A stretch of DNA of 64,000 nucleotides, from assembly GCA_030390025.1 (NCBI GenBank), contig CM059433.1, forward strand, positions 16,060,001 through 16,124,000, written 5' to 3'. Each line of letters starts with the position of its first letter. Positions within the stretch are counted from its first letter, which is position 1. Shown here piece after piece: positions 60,422 through 64,000 of the stretch. This DNA comes from Squalus acanthias (lineage: Eukaryota). Below the pieces are notes generated by a model. It worked only from the letters and a program-made list of their open reading frames with translations, made no database searches and was not told the DNA's origin. Position numbers and translations under genes: made by a program.

Positions 60422-62328
60422 ATTCGATTAATGGTAAGTGTAATTAATTTACTGACTTCCTGTGATACTTAAATAGCTTTGCTGCGAGAGGCGGACATCC
60501 TACAGTTTCTGTTATGACTTTTTTTTTTGGGGGGGGGGGGGCGAGAAGAGGTGTCAGCATGGCAGTCCGGAGATGCTGCTTTAGGAGGCACTATTCCCTT
60601 AGTAAATACATTTCTTGCATTAATCGGCCACGACATGCAGATCATACACTTCAAGTGTAGGTCTGTCCTTCGGCCAACATCGATTAGCTGCTAAATGCAG
60701 CACTTTAGTTAGCATCCACTCCAGATGGATGACATCGTTACCAGTAAAACCCGCCCGTGCTGTTTTCCGTTCAGCTCATCGTGTTAGTTTCATATTTAGT
60801 CTATAAAGGTCCGTAAATGATTCAGCTCTAATATAATTCAAACATCTTTTGGAGGCGGAATCAATGCAGGTGAATTTTAAAATTACTTTCCAAATAGTTG
60901 ATAGCCGTTGGATGTTCTAAAGGTGTAAGTAATAAAAACCAATATTTCTGTGCCTCGGTAGAAGGCTACAGTTTTACTCGCTTTAACTTACAACTGTCTC
61001 AACATTACACTGGATAATTACTCAAAATGCAAATAGTTTCAGTATTAAAGGCCTCTTGGCAATGTTTTGCCATCTTAATGGTTTACTGTGCTGTACAAGG
61101 CAACACTAATTGCCATGGCTACGACTTAATTAAAGATTAATAGAGATAGCAGCAGTTGGCGCACACATCATTTTACATAGCTTTATAATCAATAGGTCGG
61201 CCCACGCATCTTGAAAGTGGAAGATCTAGCCCTGAGTAATTACTAGGCGATCGACTGAACGTTGAACTTCCATGTTTCTACCTCCCGAATCGGCAACAGA
61301 CACAATGCCATTGAGTACTCGAATGCATGGGTTAGGAAAGGACATATCATAAGATACCTAAACAACAGATATCCTAGGAGGAAACAAACATTAATCACCA
61401 TTCACATTTTAACAAAATAACAGGCATTATGCCCATGACTTACATTTTTGCATCTTAAGGCTCCTGTAACATGGTGCAGATAAATATATTAGGTCGGATT
61501 CAGAAACATATAGAAATACCGATGGTAATATTGTTCTCGGTATACACAGAACTTCTGTGAGAAAAGTTCCTTTCATCATTGATTAATTACTCTTTACACT
61601 CAGTAAGCTTTATAACATTGAGTCGGGATACAATTTTTCGATTGTAATACACAATTTGAATTCCAGTTATAACGATCATTGGTGAGCTCCACTAACTAAC
61701 CATTGGTTATGCACGAGACTTTTCTAATTTTGATTTTTCTAACATGTTTTAATTCCTATGGATGGTGCTCCTTCCTATAGCAGCCCTTTCAGCCGGAAGG
61801 GCGCAATGGATTTGACCATGAATTTTAGTTGCAATAATTATATAACCAATGCAGAAAATAGGGCTGTTTTTCTTTTGAGATGTAAGGTCTCACTGCCATG
61901 TAGCTGTGCAGCTGATAAACTCTCCCACATTTGGCAAGCAGGTTGAGTAGGAACCCAAACTGACATCATACATAGGAGTGGAGTACTTAACCAACTTCTG
62001 CTATTAAATAGCTACAATATATGGACTGGGACAATATACCATACTTTTGGTACTTAAATGCTCAGTAGTGCACTTTATGTATTGGAATTGGTAGTGTAAA
62101 GCACTGAACAGTAGCTGCTAAATTTGTGGCACTTGGAGAAGATTCCAATCCAGTCATGCACCATAGTAATGTGGGACTATTTGGGGTGTAACTACAGCAG
62201 CAGCAGAAGTCTAACCACATGATTGGACAATCTCAAGGGGCACTCTGTTCTATGGAAGTTAGCCCTGACATAAAGCATTAACAAGAAATAAAATAAATCA
62301 CCCACGGTTTATTCACAGTTTCACGTAA

Positions 62329-62446
62329 GTTTCCTACATTATAACAGTGACTACACTTCAAAAAAGTACTTCATTGGCTGTAAAGTGCTTTGGGACATCC
62401 GGTGGTTGTGAAAGGCGCTATATAAAAGCAAGTCTTTTCGTTCTTT
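62329..62446 (+). mobile_element. Deu-SINE tail fragment in the last ALKAL2 intron
   Basis: TTTCCTACATTATAACAGTGACTACACTTC...GGCGCTATATAAAAGCAAGTCTT. Confidence 0.85.
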
Positions 62447-62680
62447 CTATAAATGGTGAAAAGTACTAGAATTTGCTGAAATTTTCACAACATAAATGGC
62501 ATTAAGAGACAATTGCATTCATGAACCAACCTAAAAAATGAAGTTATTAAGCCAGATCAGGTTTTAAATGTTCCACGGATAAACATGTGGCAGGCTCTAT
62601 GCACAACTTAAAATGAACTCATTCTACTTTCTTAAATCAAAATCCTTGAGAGTACAAAATGCAACAATCTTGTTTTACAG

Positions 62681-63530
62681 GTGACAACAATAAATTAAGA
62701 TATCCCCAGAACCAAGAAAAGTGCCTTGGAAAACAACAGGGAAACAAATTGATCTCAATACCTTTATAACATATTCCATTGTGAACAAAGATTTATTTTT
62801 GCAAACGGATGGATTACTTCCATAAACTCCTTAATGTGCATTTTGTATGTTGTCAACATTGTTTCTGTAATTCTGTACATTCATATAAATAACTGCCAAT
62901 GTTACAAAGGCTTAACATTTAAGAAAATAATAACACTTCACTGTTTCTCTGTGTAATGCTGCCAAAAATTGCACAAATGCTTTCTTGTTCAACAAATGAT
63001 GTTTGGAACATTCTTTTGTATTAAACATTGAGAAACTCAGATACTGTTCAAGGCAAGGCTAATGTATCCTAAATTTACTGTAGGATTTTTTCATGCTTGA
63101 GAGTGCTGGTTATCTTTACTTGTCATATGTAATGCTTATGCAGTTTAAAACCATTTGCTGCATCATAACACAGCAAAATATTGATATAATAGAATGTTTG
63201 GGGTCGCCCTGTACTCCAAGGGTTAAATTATGGTTTGCATGACATTTTTCTTGCCTTTGTCGTTACAAAATTTAATATTTTAAAACAACACTGTTAGGTT
63301 AGTACAATGCTGGTTATGGTTTACATTCTCTGAGCTGAAAAAAGACGTTTGTGAGCAATTATCTTTTCTCTAACACAGTGGAGTGTCATTTGTACAGAAA
63401 TATACAAGCTAATGTCATTAGTCACTGTACATTAAGATTTATAAACATTCCAGCTAACATGTGCAATATGTATATATTGTAAAGACCTGAATATATATCA
63501 GTTATAAAATAAAGTGTTTGGTATTTGACA
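62681..63530 (+). other. ALKAL2: Predicted non-coding terminal exon (3' UTR) of ALKAL2
   Basis: Acceptor TCTTGTTTTACAG|G at 62680/62681 pairs with the donor at 60434. The sequence is AU-rich and repeat-free up to the poly(A) signal. Confidence 0.6.
63508..63513 (+). terminator. Candidate polyadenylation signal
   Basis: AATAAA with upstream TGTA motifs and downstream GT/T-rich sequence. Confidence 0.6.
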
Positions 63531-64000
63531 CAGACTGGACTGAGTGCTTTTTGTATACATTCCCAGGTTGTTACTACATGGTTTCAAACCACTTTTTTCA
63601 ATCATTGATTTACTACAGAGGATGTCAGTTTTTCTGAACTCCAGACAGACCTTGGGTTTACCTAAACCAATGTACCTTTCCTAAAATCATTCAAATAAAT
63701 GGAAGTGCACAATATTTAATTAGAAGGCAATATATAATGTAGTCATATTCATTTATATAAAATTTAGGATGTACTATTCTGAATAATTAGTCAAAAACGA
63801 CTTATACAAGAGCCCGATACAAGCAGAACCCCAAGAGAGGATGACACTTGGAGTCATGTTTCATTGTCTATTTTTAGTCCCAATGCTTGATACATTTGTA
63901 TTTAATAGCCACTTTCAAATCCACATTTCTGTCCAATGTCACCTTTTCAATCCATTAAGAGCCTTCTGCTCTTTGTATTTTACCATTGGACAACAGATTA

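Overview
Vertebrate nuclear DNA, almost certainly a cartilaginous fish (shark-type CR1, L2, Deu-domain SINE and Penelope-like repeats). About 1-54 kb is intergenic and made mostly of nested, decayed transposable elements: several CR1 subfamilies, L2, a Gypsy LTR element, a tRNA-headed single-ORF LINE with a matching SINE, a full-length two-gene PIF/Harbinger element with deletion derivatives and MITEs, and three or four solo LTRs. About 55-64 kb is LINE-poor and CpG-richer. It holds one protein-coding gene, ALKAL2 (augmentor-alpha/FAM150B), on the + strand: coding exons 57029-57287, 58412-58468, 58552-58632 and 60357-60421 give 153 aa, with predicted non-coding first and last exons. The most interesting observations are the Pol III-headed LINE and its bipartite SINE, a CR1 with two tandem 3' UTR modules, a Penelope-type minimal hammerhead and a perfect hairpin in ALKAL2 intron sequence, and deep TE nests whose order can be read from target-site duplications (TSDs). 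No CRISPR, rRNA or true tRNA gene was seen. Family names come from motif recognition, not database searches, and repeat boundaries without TSDs are approximate.
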